A stretch of DNA of 64,000 nucleotides from Eledone cirrhosa (GCA_964016885.1 OZ024744.1:126790001-126854000), one strand, 5' to 3'. Counted from the first letter of the stretch, positions 12,051-26,400 are shown. Notes: generated from the letters alone by a model not told the origin. Program-made: numbers and translations.

Positions 12051-12339
12051 AAACCTCTGTCTACTATTAGTGAACATAGAGTAAATATGGGATATTTTAG
12101 GAGAAAAAAACATTTCAAACGTACAGAGAATCTACCACTGTAAATTATTTCAAATATTAACTGATTTGATATCTAACACAGTTCATTTTAAAATAAATGG
12201 ATAAATGTAGAAATATAGGGAAAATATGAGGAAGTACTAATGAATTTTATCCACCATTTTTCGATACTTCGGTCCTCTCTCTTTCAATCTCTCTCCCTCT
12301 CACTCTCTCTTTCTATCTATCTCCCTCTCACTCTCTCTC

Positions 12340-15130
12340 TCACTCTCGCTCTCCATTTCTCGCCACCCTTTACGACCCCTCCCCTCATTGCTTTCCATCT
12401 GTTTTTTTTATTTGTTTTTCGTTTTGTTTTTTTAACTACCGTCTCCCCTTTGGACACCCCTTTTCCACTCCCCGTCCCTACAATGCCTAACCTGTAATCC
12501 TTCCTCCACCAACTCCACACCCACTTCAAACACCACCTCACACTTCTCCTCCCTCCCTGCTACCTCCAACCCTCCCTCTAACTCTCCTACCTCTTCTTTA
12601 CTAAGACCCAGCATTCCAGCCACATCCGCTGCCTCCATCTACTCCTCATCCCCCCGGATTTCGGCTCCATTTCCACGCCTCCCCCCTCTCATTACTCCCA
12701 ACCCAACACATCCTTACCCGACCCACCCGTCTCCTCATACGTGTCTCACTCCGCTCCTCCCATCTCCTCGTGCACGTCTCAATCCGCTTCTCCCTCTCTA
12801 CACCCGCAACCTCGACCACAACCTACCCCAAACCCTTCTTCACCTCAACTCCACTCCCCCCCCCCTCACCAGCTCCATCCTTCTTTTCATCCATAACCTC
12901 AACCATGATCTCTTCTCCTTCCTCCCAACCACCACCACCCACCTCTGAGACCCCTCCAGCCCCACATAATCCCTCCACCCCCACATCTAACCCCTCCATA
13001 CCCACCAAACCCCTCCACCACCACCTAATCCTTCCCCCACCACCTAACACCTCCACCCACATCTAACCCCTCAACACCCACCAAACCCCTCCAGCCCCAC
13101 CTAATCCCTCCACCGCCACCTAACACCTCCACCCATATATAACCCCTCCACACCCACCAAACCCCTCCACCACCACCTAATCCTTCCACCATCACCTAAC
13201 ACCTCCACCTACATCTAACCCCTCCACCACCACCAAACCCCTCCAGCCCCACCTAATCCCTCCACCCCCACCAAACCCCTCCAGCCCCACCTAATCCCTC
13301 CACCCCCACCAAACCCCTCCAGCCCCACCTAATCCCTCCACCCCCACCAAACCCCTACACCCATATCTAACCCCTCCACACCCACCAAACCCCTCCACCA
13401 CCACCTAATCCCTCCACCACCACCTAACACCTCCACTCACATCTAACCCCTCCACACCCACCAAACCGCTCCAGCCCCACCTAATCCCTCCACCGCCACC
13501 TAACACCTCCACCCATATCTAACCCCTCCACACCCACCAAACCCCTCCAGCCCCACCTAATCCCTCCACCACCACCTAACACCTCCACTCACATATAACC
13601 CCTCCACACCCACCAAACCCCTCCACCACCACCTAACACCTCCACCTCACCCAACGCCTGCACCGCCATCTAACCCCTCCACCACCACCTACCCCTCCAC
13701 CCCCCACTTAACCACCCCAACCTAACCCAACACCGCCCCACCACCCATACCTTCCCCTTCCCCTAAACTAATACTAACCTCTACTCACACACACCTACAC
13801 CTCGCCACCCAACTAACCTCCACCCAACTAACCCCCTTACCACCTACCCCACCCCTACACCCTAGTTAACCCCTCACACCCGTCACCCCTACCCCTCCAC
13901 ACCGCCCCAACACCCATACCTTCCCCTTCCCCTAAACTAATACTAACCTCTACTCACACACACCCACACATCGCCACCCAACTAGCCTCTACCCAACAAA
14001 CCCCATTAAACCCCTACACCCCCACTTAACCCCTCACACATCTAACCCCCACCCCTCCACCGCCACCCTACCACCCATACCTTCCCCTTCCCCTAAACTA
14101 ATACTAACCTCTACTCACACACACCCACACATCGCCACCCAACTAACCCCTATCACCTACCTCACCCCTACACCCCCACGTAACCCCCCCCCGCACCACC
14201 ACCCCTCCACCCACACCCCCACGTAATCCCCCATCCCCCACCCCCACTTAATTCCCCACCCCCACTTAATCCCCCACCATCCACCCCAACTTAACCCTCA
14301 CATCCGTCGCCCCTACCCTCACCCACACGTAACCCCTCACACCCAGTAGCCCCACCCATCCACCCCCACTTACACCCTCACCACCTACCACACACCCACA
14401 CTTAACCCCTCTCCCCTGTACCCCCTCCACTCCCACTTAAGCCCCCACTTAACACCTCACACCCGGCACCCCCCCTATCTACTCCCACTTAACCCCCACT
14501 TAACCCACACTTTACCCCCACACTCGTCACCCCCACGCTCCACCCCCACTTAACCCCCACACGCGTCACCCCCCCCCCCCCACGCTCCACCCCCACAAAA
14601 CCCCTCATACCCGTCACCCCCCGTCCTTCCAACACCACCCTCTGCTCCCACTCTCCCGAAACGACCACTACTTCCGGTTGCGTGTGCCACACTGCCATTT
14701 CACTTCCTCATTACCATTTTACTCTCGCTCCAGCTTTATCTTTACCTCATGATACCATCGACCTCTTCTACACATACACCTTACCTTCCACCATCCCTGC
14801 CCAGACTCTCATTTTCTATCTTCCCCAACCTTTCTCTTCGCCTCCACCCACTGCTATACACACTTGCCATCCTCGACCTATACACCCCTTCCTACCCCTT
14901 TATTTTCACTTTTTAAAAAATCTGTTTTCTTTATATCTATTTTTATTTTTCCTTCTTTACATGTTCTTGTTTACTTCTCTCCTTACAATCGTGCTTCAGT
15001 TCCTCTTGGAGTTCCTTACCTACCTTTTGTTTGTTCTTTCCAACTATGACCACAGTGCTGGCAAACCAGATGATGCTTGCTAAAGTAAGGGATGCACCTT
15101 GTTTTGGGGGGGTACGTTTGTTGACCCTTT
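12340..15130 (+). mobile_element. Decayed, internally deleted Penelope-like element with an expanded C-rich minisatellite
   Basis: A degenerate frame near 12480-12680 (FTKTQHSSHIRCLHLLLIP.GFRLHFHAS) resembles a PLE N-terminal region. A degenerate hammerhead CAGATGA-T-GCTTGC TAAA GTAAGG-GATGC lies near 15068. Confidence 0.5.
12940..14640. repeat. C-rich ~17-18-bp minisatellite and ~180-bp higher-order units (G-rich on the minus strand)
   Basis: Repeats of ccacctaatccctccacc, cacatctaacccctcc and cccaccaaacccctcc. Three copies of cccataccttccccttcccctaaactaatactaacctctactcacacac. Confidence 0.9.
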
Positions 15131-15697
15131 CGTGTATATATATATATATTATAGATAACGAGGAATCAGTGATGCATCAAAACACATTTTGTTAACATAT
15201 TACATATGTTTCTCCGATGATCAGCTCAAGGCAGGATCTATTATAGATCCAACCTGACTCTACATTCGCAGGGTCCTCAGATATATTTAGCGTTTTCAAA
15301 GCATTTCATCTGATTGAAATCATTCGATCCGTTCCATCGTTAACAATATACATAATTTCATTTGAGTTTCTGTGAAAGATAGCATGAACACCATTCCACA
15401 CTCTCCTACTTTCATCAACATCAATCACCAGAGTGAATGAGTGGGAGGGGTTGTGAAGGGTAGATAGAAAGAGAGAGGGAGCGAGAGATTGAAAGAGAAG
15501 GGAGTCGAGATATCGACAAATGGAAGATAAAATTCATTAATACTTCCACACATTTTAAATATATTTATACATTTATTTATTTATTTTAAAATTCACTGTG
15601 TTAGATTATGTATGAAACATTATGTAAAGAATAAATAATGTTGATAAGTGTGTTTTGTTTGTTCATCATTTTCTGTTTATATGCATATATATATATA

Positions 15698-17066
15698 TAT
15701 ATTAATTCAAAATATTAACAAAATAGATATTCTTGTGATCAATTATATTTTATTATACATATTTCAGAGGTACTGAGTTAAGTTCAACAGTACGTCCTCA
15801 TCAGATAAAATAATATGATGCATGACATACCCTGACATAGTAGATGGTTAAGATTCAGTCATGGTAGTGATTAACTTATGACAAAACTCACTATTTATAA
15901 CCTAATATTGAGAACATGAGATAACATAATACAAACAATAGAGAGGGTGCGTGTAATAGAGCTTAAGAAATACATGGCATCAATATAACTGTTATAATAT
16001 TTTTTTTTAAACTACTGGAGAAAGAGGAGGGAAAGGAAAGCATAGAGGAAGAAACAGTTGATGTGATAATATATTTAGTAGGTGGCTTGAACAATATTTG
16101 CAGTAACTTATTTACTATATTGCATTATTGCATTATATTATATTATATATATTTGAAAGGTATCACCTCAATTATAAACAAATAATAAACTATAATCTTT
16201 GTATATTTTAAAAATTCGGACTCTTTAAGTTTAGTTATAAGGCCGGTTGATACTTTAGGCACTCAAACTATTTAACAATAAATTCTTTAATAATTATAAC
16301 TATAATTATTTTATAAATTATATTATATAAACTGTTGTCAATATTATAAATAATTTTGGTAAAGATTACCTTCGTGAAGATATAAAAACATTATATATAT
16401 ATTTTCTTTCTCGTGTTTCGTAAATCCTTTAAATTTGTTTTCATAAAATTTGAATTTTAGAAATTAAACATAATTATAATATTAATACAAATACCTATTA
16501 ACTTTTAAAACCTAAAATATTATTCATTACTCTGAAATAACTTAAATTAAATATTTTGAAAATTAACCGGCAACGATATTAATTTGGACATGTGTTGCAT
16601 ATATAAACTTGAACATAAATTACTCCCCTTTGTCTCGCTCTCTCTTTAATCATCTTTCATCTGTTTTTTCAAGCCACCTACTATATATATTATCACATCA
16701 GCTATTTCTTCCTCTATGCTTTCCTTTCCCTCCTCTTTCTCCAGTAGTTTTTAAAAATAAAAACATTTATAACTGTTATATTGATGCCATGTATTTCTTA
16801 AGCTCTATTACACGCAACCTCTCTATTGTTTTTATTATGTTATCACATGTTCTCAATATTAGGGTATAAATATTGAGTTTTGTCATAAGTTAATCACTAC
16901 CATGACTGAATCTTAACCGTCTACTATGTCAGGGTATGTCATGCATCATCTTATTTTATCTAACGAGGACGTACTGTTGAACTTAACTTAGTAGCTCTGA
17001 AATATGTATAATAAAATATAATTGATCACAAGAATATCTATTTTGTTAATATTTTGAATTAATATT
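15698..17066. repeat. ~390-bp inverted repeat (15698-16091 and 16668-17066) with ~575-bp spacer, resembling an inverted PLE pLTR
   Basis: The arms are near reverse complements (e.g. catgacataccctgacatagtag / ctactatgtcagggtatgtcatg). Each arm carries a hammerhead motif. Confidence 0.9.
15746..15812 (-). ncRNA. Hammerhead ribozyme motif in the left inverted-repeat arm
   Basis: TATTTTAT-CTGATGA-GGACGTACTG TTGAACTTAACT CAGTACCTCT-GAA-ATATGTAT-A-ATAAAATA. The right-arm copy near 16955-17017 has a decayed core (CTAACGA). Confidence 0.65.
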
Positions 17067-17145
17067 AACAAAAATGTTGAGTGCTTCCAATCTATTGTAA
17101 AACTCATTCTTTGATGTATTCATTGAACCTTGTTTAACTTTTAAA

Positions 17146-17178
<33 letters not shown>

Positions 17179-17183
<5 letters not shown>

Positions 17184-17282
17184 AACCAGTAAGACCCCGA
17201 CGGCTGAGCTCAAGCCGTTTCGACGGCTAATTAGCCGTCGAAACGGCTTGAGCTCAGCCGTCGGGGTCTTACTGGTTCCTAT
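17179..17282. repeat. Perfect 104-bp palindrome with no spacer
   Basis: aggaaccagtaagaccccgacggctgagctcaagccgtttcgacggctaa|ttagccgtcgaaacggcttgagctcagccgtcggggtcttactggttcct plus 2 flanking bp on each side. Confidence 0.97.
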
Positions 17283-17451
17283 TACCCACTCTACTACCCC
17301 AAGTATTGAGTACTTTGGTGCGTTATGGTCCACCTGGTTCCTTACCACATTTCCTTCGTTATATATATATATATATAAATATATGTTTTTTTTTTCAAGT
17401 TGCGACAGTAAACAAAACAAAAAAACGTGGAAGCGAAGAGGCAGTACAAAT

Positions 17452-17635
17452 GTTGGTGAATTGGCAGTATCGGTAGAGGGTTGGACGCCATAGTTTCTAG
17501 CAGAGTTACGTCCCTTTACCATCTGAGTTCAAATCCCGCCGAGGTTGACTTTGCCTTTCATCCTTACGGGGTCGATAAAATAAAGTACCAGTAATGTACT
17601 GGGTAATTGCTGGCCTTGTGCCTAAAGTAGAAAAA
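17452..17635 (+). mobile_element. Near full-length tRNA-derived Meta-type SINE
   Basis: A box tggcagtatcggtag, B box gagttcaaatcc, central gcctttcatccttacggggtcgataaaataaagtaccag, tail ggccttgtgcctaaagtagaaa. Confidence 0.9.
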
Positions 17636-17644
17636 TTTATTAGT

Positions 17645-18525
17645 TTCACGCTTGAGAGTGGGGGTTGGGGGACGACGTTTCGGGCATAAGCCCTTCATCA
17701 GGAGAAAAGTGGGCAGGAAGAGGGTTCCGAGGGTGTGTGGGGGAGTGATGGAAATACATTAAAAATATTAGTTAAAAATAGGTGGGGCGAGAAATGGGAG
17801 GAAAAGGAATTTTTTGGAGAGTAAAAAAATTAAAATTAAAAGAAACAAGTGGTGAAATGGTGCGAGGCGTGTAGGGGTGGTGGTGGGTGGAGTGGTGGAG
17901 AGGGAGTGTATCTGTGATGATGTGAGGGAAGGGGAGTAATATAAGTGGAGGGGGTCGAATGCTAAAGGAAGAGGGGTGGCGAGTTCAGGCCGGGGGGTAT
18001 GTGGATCTGTAGGGTGAAGATGGTGTGTTGCTCGACCGTGAGGCGGGTGGCGGGGGTCCCATGGCATTGGATCAGGCCGCAGACTGTGAGGTGGTGGGCG
18101 GAATGTCCAGGGGAACCAAAGTGGCGGGCGATGAGGGAACTCCCGCCGAGACGGATATCTCCAAGGTGCTCAGTGAACCTATCCGCCAGGCGACGTCCAG
18201 TCTGTCCGACGTAGGTTGCGCTGCACTCTGTGTAGCGAAGTCCATAGACGAGGTTGGAGGAGGTGCAGCGGAAGGCATGCCGGACAGAGAAAGAGTGGCC
18301 GTTGGGACGCTGGAAGGTGGTGGTGTTGGTGATCTGGGGGGGCAGGTGTGGCAACGAGGTCTGGAGCAGGGAAGGGAACCGGGGGCGGGTGTGCTAGAGA
18401 GCTGTGAACGAGGAGGGAGCGGTGACTACGCGCGTGTTTGAATGAGGGGAGGGGTGGGCATAGGAAGATGGTGGAGGTGGAGGGGGCGGACTGGAGGCGT
18501 CGGAAGAGGTGGAGCATAGTGCGGT
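17645..18525 (-). mobile_element. 5'-truncated Penelope-like element: GIY-YIG endonuclease plus 3' region with hammerhead
   Basis: ORF 17962-18354 reads FRCTSSNLVYGLRYTECSATYVGQTGRRLADRFTEH...RHF...GH...EQHTIFTLQIHIPPGLN, preceded by a PCHTCP zinc-motif remnant. Confidence 0.9.
17668..17706 (-). ncRNA. Minimal PLE hammerhead ribozyme
   Basis: CTGATGA-A-GGGC TTAT GCCC-GAAACGTC with intact core and GUC triplet; stem I is weak. Confidence 0.75.
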
Positions 18526-19259
18526 ATATATATATATTGGTTACTACTTACATGTACCACTGTCCTGTGTTTGCCCCTCCTATCGGTATGTTTTCTACTT
18601 TTTTTCCTTTATTTCTCTCCTTTATTTTCCTTTTTTCTTTTTTTTTCTTTATTTCTCTCTCTTCGCCATCACTTCTTTCCCTCATGGCTTTTTGATATAT
18701 AAAAGTCTATGGGCGTGCTACGGATAGATGTAATGTCTATAATGCGCTGAAACATCTGTGACACGTTGTAGACAACTGATGAAGGGAAACTGTTTATCTC
18801 TTGTTTGTGTCGCCTTACTAACACGCGTTATCAGTAACCACACAGCAACATCTCTCTCAATCCATATTTTTGTATTTACTGCTGTGACCTCCTCTCCACC
18901 CTCTCTATCTCGCTTGGTTTGTTTTTCCTGGTCGGTCCTATATCCTATCACTCTTTTGGATCAACTCCTTCTCTCTCTCTCTTTCTCTCCCCCTGTCTCC
19001 CTCTCCCTTTCTCTTTATCGATCTCTCTTGTTTATTAGTTCTGGTTAGACTTGCGTTGTGTCACCCTGTATTAACTTCCTTTCTCTCCTCCTCTTTCTCT
19101 CTCTATATCCTTCGTACTCACCACTTCTGCCTTCTACCCCTCTTTCGCTTCCGGTTCCTCCGTCTTTCTTTGCGTTTGCTTTCACCGAGAATAGATGTGT
19201 TTACCATGCTCCACTGTTAATATGGAACACACTTTCGATGTATATAGGTAAATATATCT

Positions 19260-20140
19260 TACATTGGCTCCCTACCTTTTTATCATCGTAGTGGACTATT
19301 ATATGCGCCTTGCACTGGAGAAACACCAGGACTCTGGCTTTACTGTAGCACCGGCTCAGAGCAGGAGAGTTAGGGCGAAAAAGGTATCGGATGCTGAATT
19401 TGCCGACGAAAAAGTTTCGGTGACAAATACAGTGAAGGAGGCAGAGGATTTGATGATGGAGGTTGAGACTGTGTCGATGAGTTTGGGGCTGAGAATGAAT
19501 GAGACTAAAACAAAATATCTGGTAGAGAATGTTGAGAAGCCAGAGGGGATTACTAATGTAGGCGGGAAGCCTCTGGAATTGGTTGAGGACTTCCTGTATT
19601 TGGGAGCAAAGATTGGGAATACAGAAGATGATGTGGTTGAGAGGAAGAGCAAAGCCTGGGCGCCGTGCCACAGCTTGAGATCGGTGTCGGAGGCTGACCT
19701 TCTTAAAGACAAGAAAATCCGCTTCTTAATTGCTGTAGTGGAGTCTGTGCTGCTGTAAGGGTCTGAGACTTGGACACTGACCAAGAAACGCACTCAGATG
19801 GTGGATGGGTGCTACACGAGAATAGTGATGATGGCTCTGAACATTAATCAGTATACTCTGAGGATGAAAAACTCAGAGGTGTATGGGAGACTCTCAAAAG
19901 TCAGCTCAAAAGGGACACAGAGGAGACTGAGGTTAGCTGACATCCAGAATTGACATTGCACTCAGTGCTCCTGTGGGAGCCCCTACATGGACACACTGGA
20001 AGTGGAAGATCAAGGTTAACGTATGTTGATGCCCTAAGGACAGACACTGGTCTGTTGGAGATGCAGGACATGGCAGCGATAATGAGGGACAGAGACCGCT
20101 GGAGAGAACTCGTCCATGGATCTCGGGAATTTTACCCGCC
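19260..20140 (+). mobile_element. 5'-truncated decayed RTE-clade LINE (RT C-terminal half)
   Basis: LAPYLFIIVVDY...EFADE...GLRMNETKTK...DFLYLG...ESVLL*GSETWTLTK...LHSVLLWEPLHG...RDRDRWR. Confidence 0.9.
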
Positions 20141-20419
20141 CTCGAAAAGGGAATATCTTAAAGAAAACACACACATATATATAAATACACCCTTGCATAC
20201 ACACAGACAGACACACACAGAGACTCACGCACAAAAATATACAAACGCTAACAGAGAGATTCCGACCAGAACATTCCAGAACAGACATTCTGAGTACCAA
20301 GTCCCAAATAGGAAAAAACAATCTTGACATGAAGAGGTGTATGTTATACATATTTACAGAAACAAGTGTTCCACAATATACAATGTAAACAAAACACAGG
20401 CTTCATCAAGGTCAGATAC

Positions 20420-23400
20420 ACGACAACCTACTACACTATATCACATCACACTACACTATATGACATCAAACTACAATATACCACACTACACTGCACTCAA
20501 TCACATCATACAACAACATACCACACCACACTACAATATATCACATCACACTACAATATATCACAAAATACTACAATATATCACACCATACTAAAATATA
20601 CCACACTACACTACACTATATCACATCACACTACGATATGCCACATCGCACTACACTACACCACACCACACTACACTATATTACACTACACTACTATATA
20701 GCTCACCACACTACAATATACCACACCACACTACACTATACAACACCACACTACAATATACGACACCACACTACACTATATCACATCACACTACTATATA
20801 CGGACACCACATTTCACTATATCACACCACACTACAGTATATCACATCACACTACACTATACCACACCGCACTACAGTATATCACACCACACTACAATAT
20901 ACCACAACACACAACAATATACCACATCACACCAATATACCACACCACACTACAATATATCACATCACACTACTATATATCACACCACACTACAATATAT
21001 CACACCACACTACAATATACCACACCACACTTCACTATACCACAACACACTAAAATATATCACACCACACTACACTATATAACACCACACTACTATATAC
21101 CACACTACACTATATTACACTACTCTACAATATACCACACCAAACTACAATATATCAGTCCACACTACAATATACCACATCACACCAATATACCACACCA
21201 CACTACAATATATCACATCACACTACTATATATCACACCACACTACCATATATAACACCACACTACAATATACCCCACCACACTTCACTATACCACAACA
21301 CACTAAAATATATCACACCACACTACACTATATGACACCACACTACTATATACCACACTACACTATATTACACTACTCTACAATATACCACACCAAACTA
21401 CAATATATCACCCCACACTACAATATACCACATCACACTACAATATACTACACTACACTATACCACATCACACTACAATATACCACAGAACACTACGATA
21501 TACCACCCACACTACAATATGTCACACCACACCACAATATATCCCACCAAACCACATTATAGTATACCACACCACACTACACTATATCACACCACACTAC
21601 AATATGTCACACCACACTACAATATAACACACCACACTACATTATGCCACATCACACTACACTATATCACACCAAACTACACTATATCACAACACACTGC
21701 AATAGACCAAATCACACTACATTATACCACACCACACTACACTATATCACATCACACTACTATATATCACACCACACTACAATATATCACACCACACTAC
21801 AATATACCACACCACACTACACTAAATCACACCACACTACAATATACCACAACACACTTCAATATATCACACCACACTACACTATATCACACCAAACTAC
21901 AATATATCCCACCACGTTACAATATATCACACTACACTACACTATATTACACCACACTACAGTACTCCACACCACACTACACTATATCACATCACACTAC
22001 CATATACCACACCTCTCTATAATATGCCACACAACACTACAATATACCACACCACACTAGACTATACCACACCACATTACAGTACATCCCACCACAGTAT
22101 ACCACACCACACTACAATATATCACACCACACTACACTATAACACACCACACTACAAGATATCTCGCCCCACTATAATATATCACTAACACTACACTCTA
22201 TCACACCACACTACAATATACAACATCAAACTACAATATACCACATCACACTACAATATACCACACCACACTACAATATATCACATCACAGTACTATATA
22301 TCACACCACACTACAGTATATGACATCACACTACAATATATCAAACCACACTACAGTATATCACACCACACTATAATATATTACACCACACTACCATATA
22401 TCACACCACTCTACATTATACCACACCGCACTACACTATATTACACTACACTACACTACATCACAACACACTACAATATACCACACCACGCTACACTATA
22501 TTAAACTATACTACAATATACCACACCAAACTAAAATATATCACAACTCACTACACTATATAACACCACATTACAGTATACCACACCACACTACAATATA
22601 TCACATGAAACTACTATATATCACACCACGCTACATTATATGACATCACACTACAATATAACACACCATACTACAGTATATCACACCACACTACAATATA
22701 GCACATCACACTACCATATATCACACCACACTACACTATAACACACCACACTACACTGTATTACACTACACTACACTGTATCACAACACACTACAATATA
22801 CCACACCACACTACACTATATTACACTACACTACAATATACCACACCACATTAAAATATATCACAACACACTACACTATATCACACCACACTACAATATA
22901 CCAAACCAAACTACAATATATCACACCACACTACACTATATCACACCACACTACAATATATCACACCGTACCACACTATATCATAGCACACTACAATACA
23001 CCAAACCCTACTACAATATACCACACCACACTGCATTATGCCACATCACACTGCAATATACCACACCACACTACAATATATCACACCACACTACAATATA
23101 TCACACCCCACTACAATATACCACACCACATTACAATATAACACACCACACATCGCTATATCACACCACACTACAATATACCACAACACACTACACTATA
23201 CCACACAACACGACACTATATAACACCACACTACAATATACACCACACTATAATATACTACACCACACTACAATATATCATACCACACTTCAATATATCA
23301 CACCACACTACAATATAGCACAATACAATATATCACACTACAATATACCACACCACACTACAATATACCACATCACACTACAATATACCAAACCATATTA

Positions 23401-26400
23401 CAATATATCGCACCACACTACAATATACTACAACACACTACAATATACCACACTACAATATAGCAGAACCCCAATACATTATTTCACATCACACTACACT
23501 ATACCACACGACACTACAATATACCACACTACACTACAGTATACCACACCACAATACAATATATCACTCCACATTACAATAGATAACACCACACTACAAT
23601 ATACCACACGGCACTACAATATACCACATCAAACTACAAAATACTACACCAAACCACAATATATCACAACACCCTATAATATACCACACCACATTACAGT
23701 ATACCACACCACACTACAATATATCACACCACACTACAATATACCACTCCACACTACACTATACCACACCACACTACGATATACTACAACACACTACAAT
23801 ATAGCAGTACCACAATACATTATTTCACATCACACTACAATATATCACCCCACACTACACTATAACACACCACACTACAAGATATCTAGCCACACTACAA
23901 TATATCACAACACACTACACTCTATCACACCACACTACAATATACAACATCAAACTACAATATACCACATCACACTACAATATACCACACCACACTACAA
24001 TATATTACACCACACTACCATATATCACACCACACTACATTATACCACACCACACTACAATATTTTACACTACACTACACTATATCACAACACACTACAA
24101 TATACCACACCAAACTAAAATATATCACAACTCACTACACTATATAACACCACACTACAGTATACCACACCACACTACACTATATCACATGACACTACTA
24201 TATATCACACCTCAATACTGTATATGACATCACACTACAATATAACACACCATACTACAGTATATCACACCACACTACAATATAGCACATCACACTACCA
24301 TATATCACACCACACTACACTATACCACACCATACCAGACTATATTACACTACAGTACACTCTATCACAACACACTACAATATACCACACCACACTATAA
24401 TATATTACACTACACTACAATATACCACACCACAGTAAAATATATCACAACACGCTACACTATATCACACCACACTGCAATATACCACACCAAACTACAC
24501 TATATCACATGACACTACCATATACCAGACCTCTCTATAATATGCCACACAACACTACAATATACCACACCACAATAGACTATACCAGACCACATTACAG
24601 TACATCCCACCACAGTATATCACACCACACTACAATATATGACACCACACTACACTATAACACACCACACTACAAGATATCTCGCCACACTACAATATAA
24701 CACAACACACTACACTCTATCACACCACACTACAATATACAACATCAAACTACAATATACCACATCACACTACAATATACCACACCACACTACAATATAC
24801 CACACCACACTACAATATATCACACCGCACCTCACTATATCATAGCACACTACAATATATCACACCGCACCACACTATATCATAGCACACTACAATACAC
24901 CAAAGCCCACTACAATATACCACACCACACTGCATTATGCCACATCACACTGCAATATACCACACCACACTACAATATATCACACCACACTACAATATAC
25001 CACACCACACTACAATATACCACACCACACAACACTATATCACACCACACTACAATATACCACAACACACTACACTATACCAAACCACACGACACTATAT
25101 AGCACCACACTACAATATACTACACCACACTACAATATACTACACCACACTACAATATACCATACCACACTTCAATATATCACACCACACTACAATATAG
25201 CACAATACAATATATCACACTACAATATACCACACCACACTACAATATACCACACCACACAACACTATATCACACGACACTACAAAATACCATAACACAC
25301 TACACTATACCAAACCACACGACACTATATAACACCACACTACAATATACTACACCACAATACAATATACTACACCGCACTACAATATACCATACGACAC
25401 TTCAATATATCACACCACACTACAATATATCACACTACAATATACCACACCACACTACACTATAAGAGACCACACTACAATATAGCACACCACACTACAA
25501 TATACTACACCACACTACAATATACCACATCACACTACAATATACCCAATCATATTACAATATATCGCACCACACTACAATATACTACAACACACTACAA
25601 TATAGTAGAACCCCAATGCATTATTTCACATCGCACTACACTATACCACACAACACTACAATATACCACACTACACTACAGTGTACCACACCACAATACA
25701 ATATATCACACAACACTACAATATATCACACCACACTACAATATACCACACCACACTACAATATACCACATCAAACTACAAAATACTACACCAAACCACA
25801 ATATATCACACCACCCTATAATATACCACACCACATTACAGTATACCACACCACACTACAATATATCACACCACACTACAATATATCACACTACACTACA
25901 ATATACCACACCACACTACAATATATCACACCACACTACAATATACCACTCCACACTACACTATACCACACGACACTACAATATACTACAACACATTATA
26001 ATATAGCAGTACCAAAATACATTATTTCACATCACACTACAATATATCACACCACACTACACTATAACACACCACACTACAAGATATCTCGCCACACTAC
26101 AATATATCACAACACACTAGACTCTATCACACCACACTACAATATACATCAAACTACAATATACCACATCACACTACAATATACCACACCACACTACAAT
26201 ATATTACACCACACGACCATATATCACAACACACTACATTATACCACACCACACTACAATATAATACACTACACTACACTATATCACATCACACTACAAT
26301 ATACCACACCATGCTACACTATATAACACCACACTACAGTATACCACACCACACTACACTATATCACATGACACTACTATATATCACACCACACTACAGT

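Noticed and set aside
12940-14640. Interstitial telomeric repeat or Pro-rich protein
   Set aside because: No tandem CCCTAA or CCTAA runs; the 17/18-bp unit variation shifts the frame constantly
17452-17540. tRNA genes (A and B boxes here and at 10240-10305, 42370-42458, 63186-63245)
   Set aside because: These are SINE heads followed by SINE body sequence and do not form a full cloverleaf
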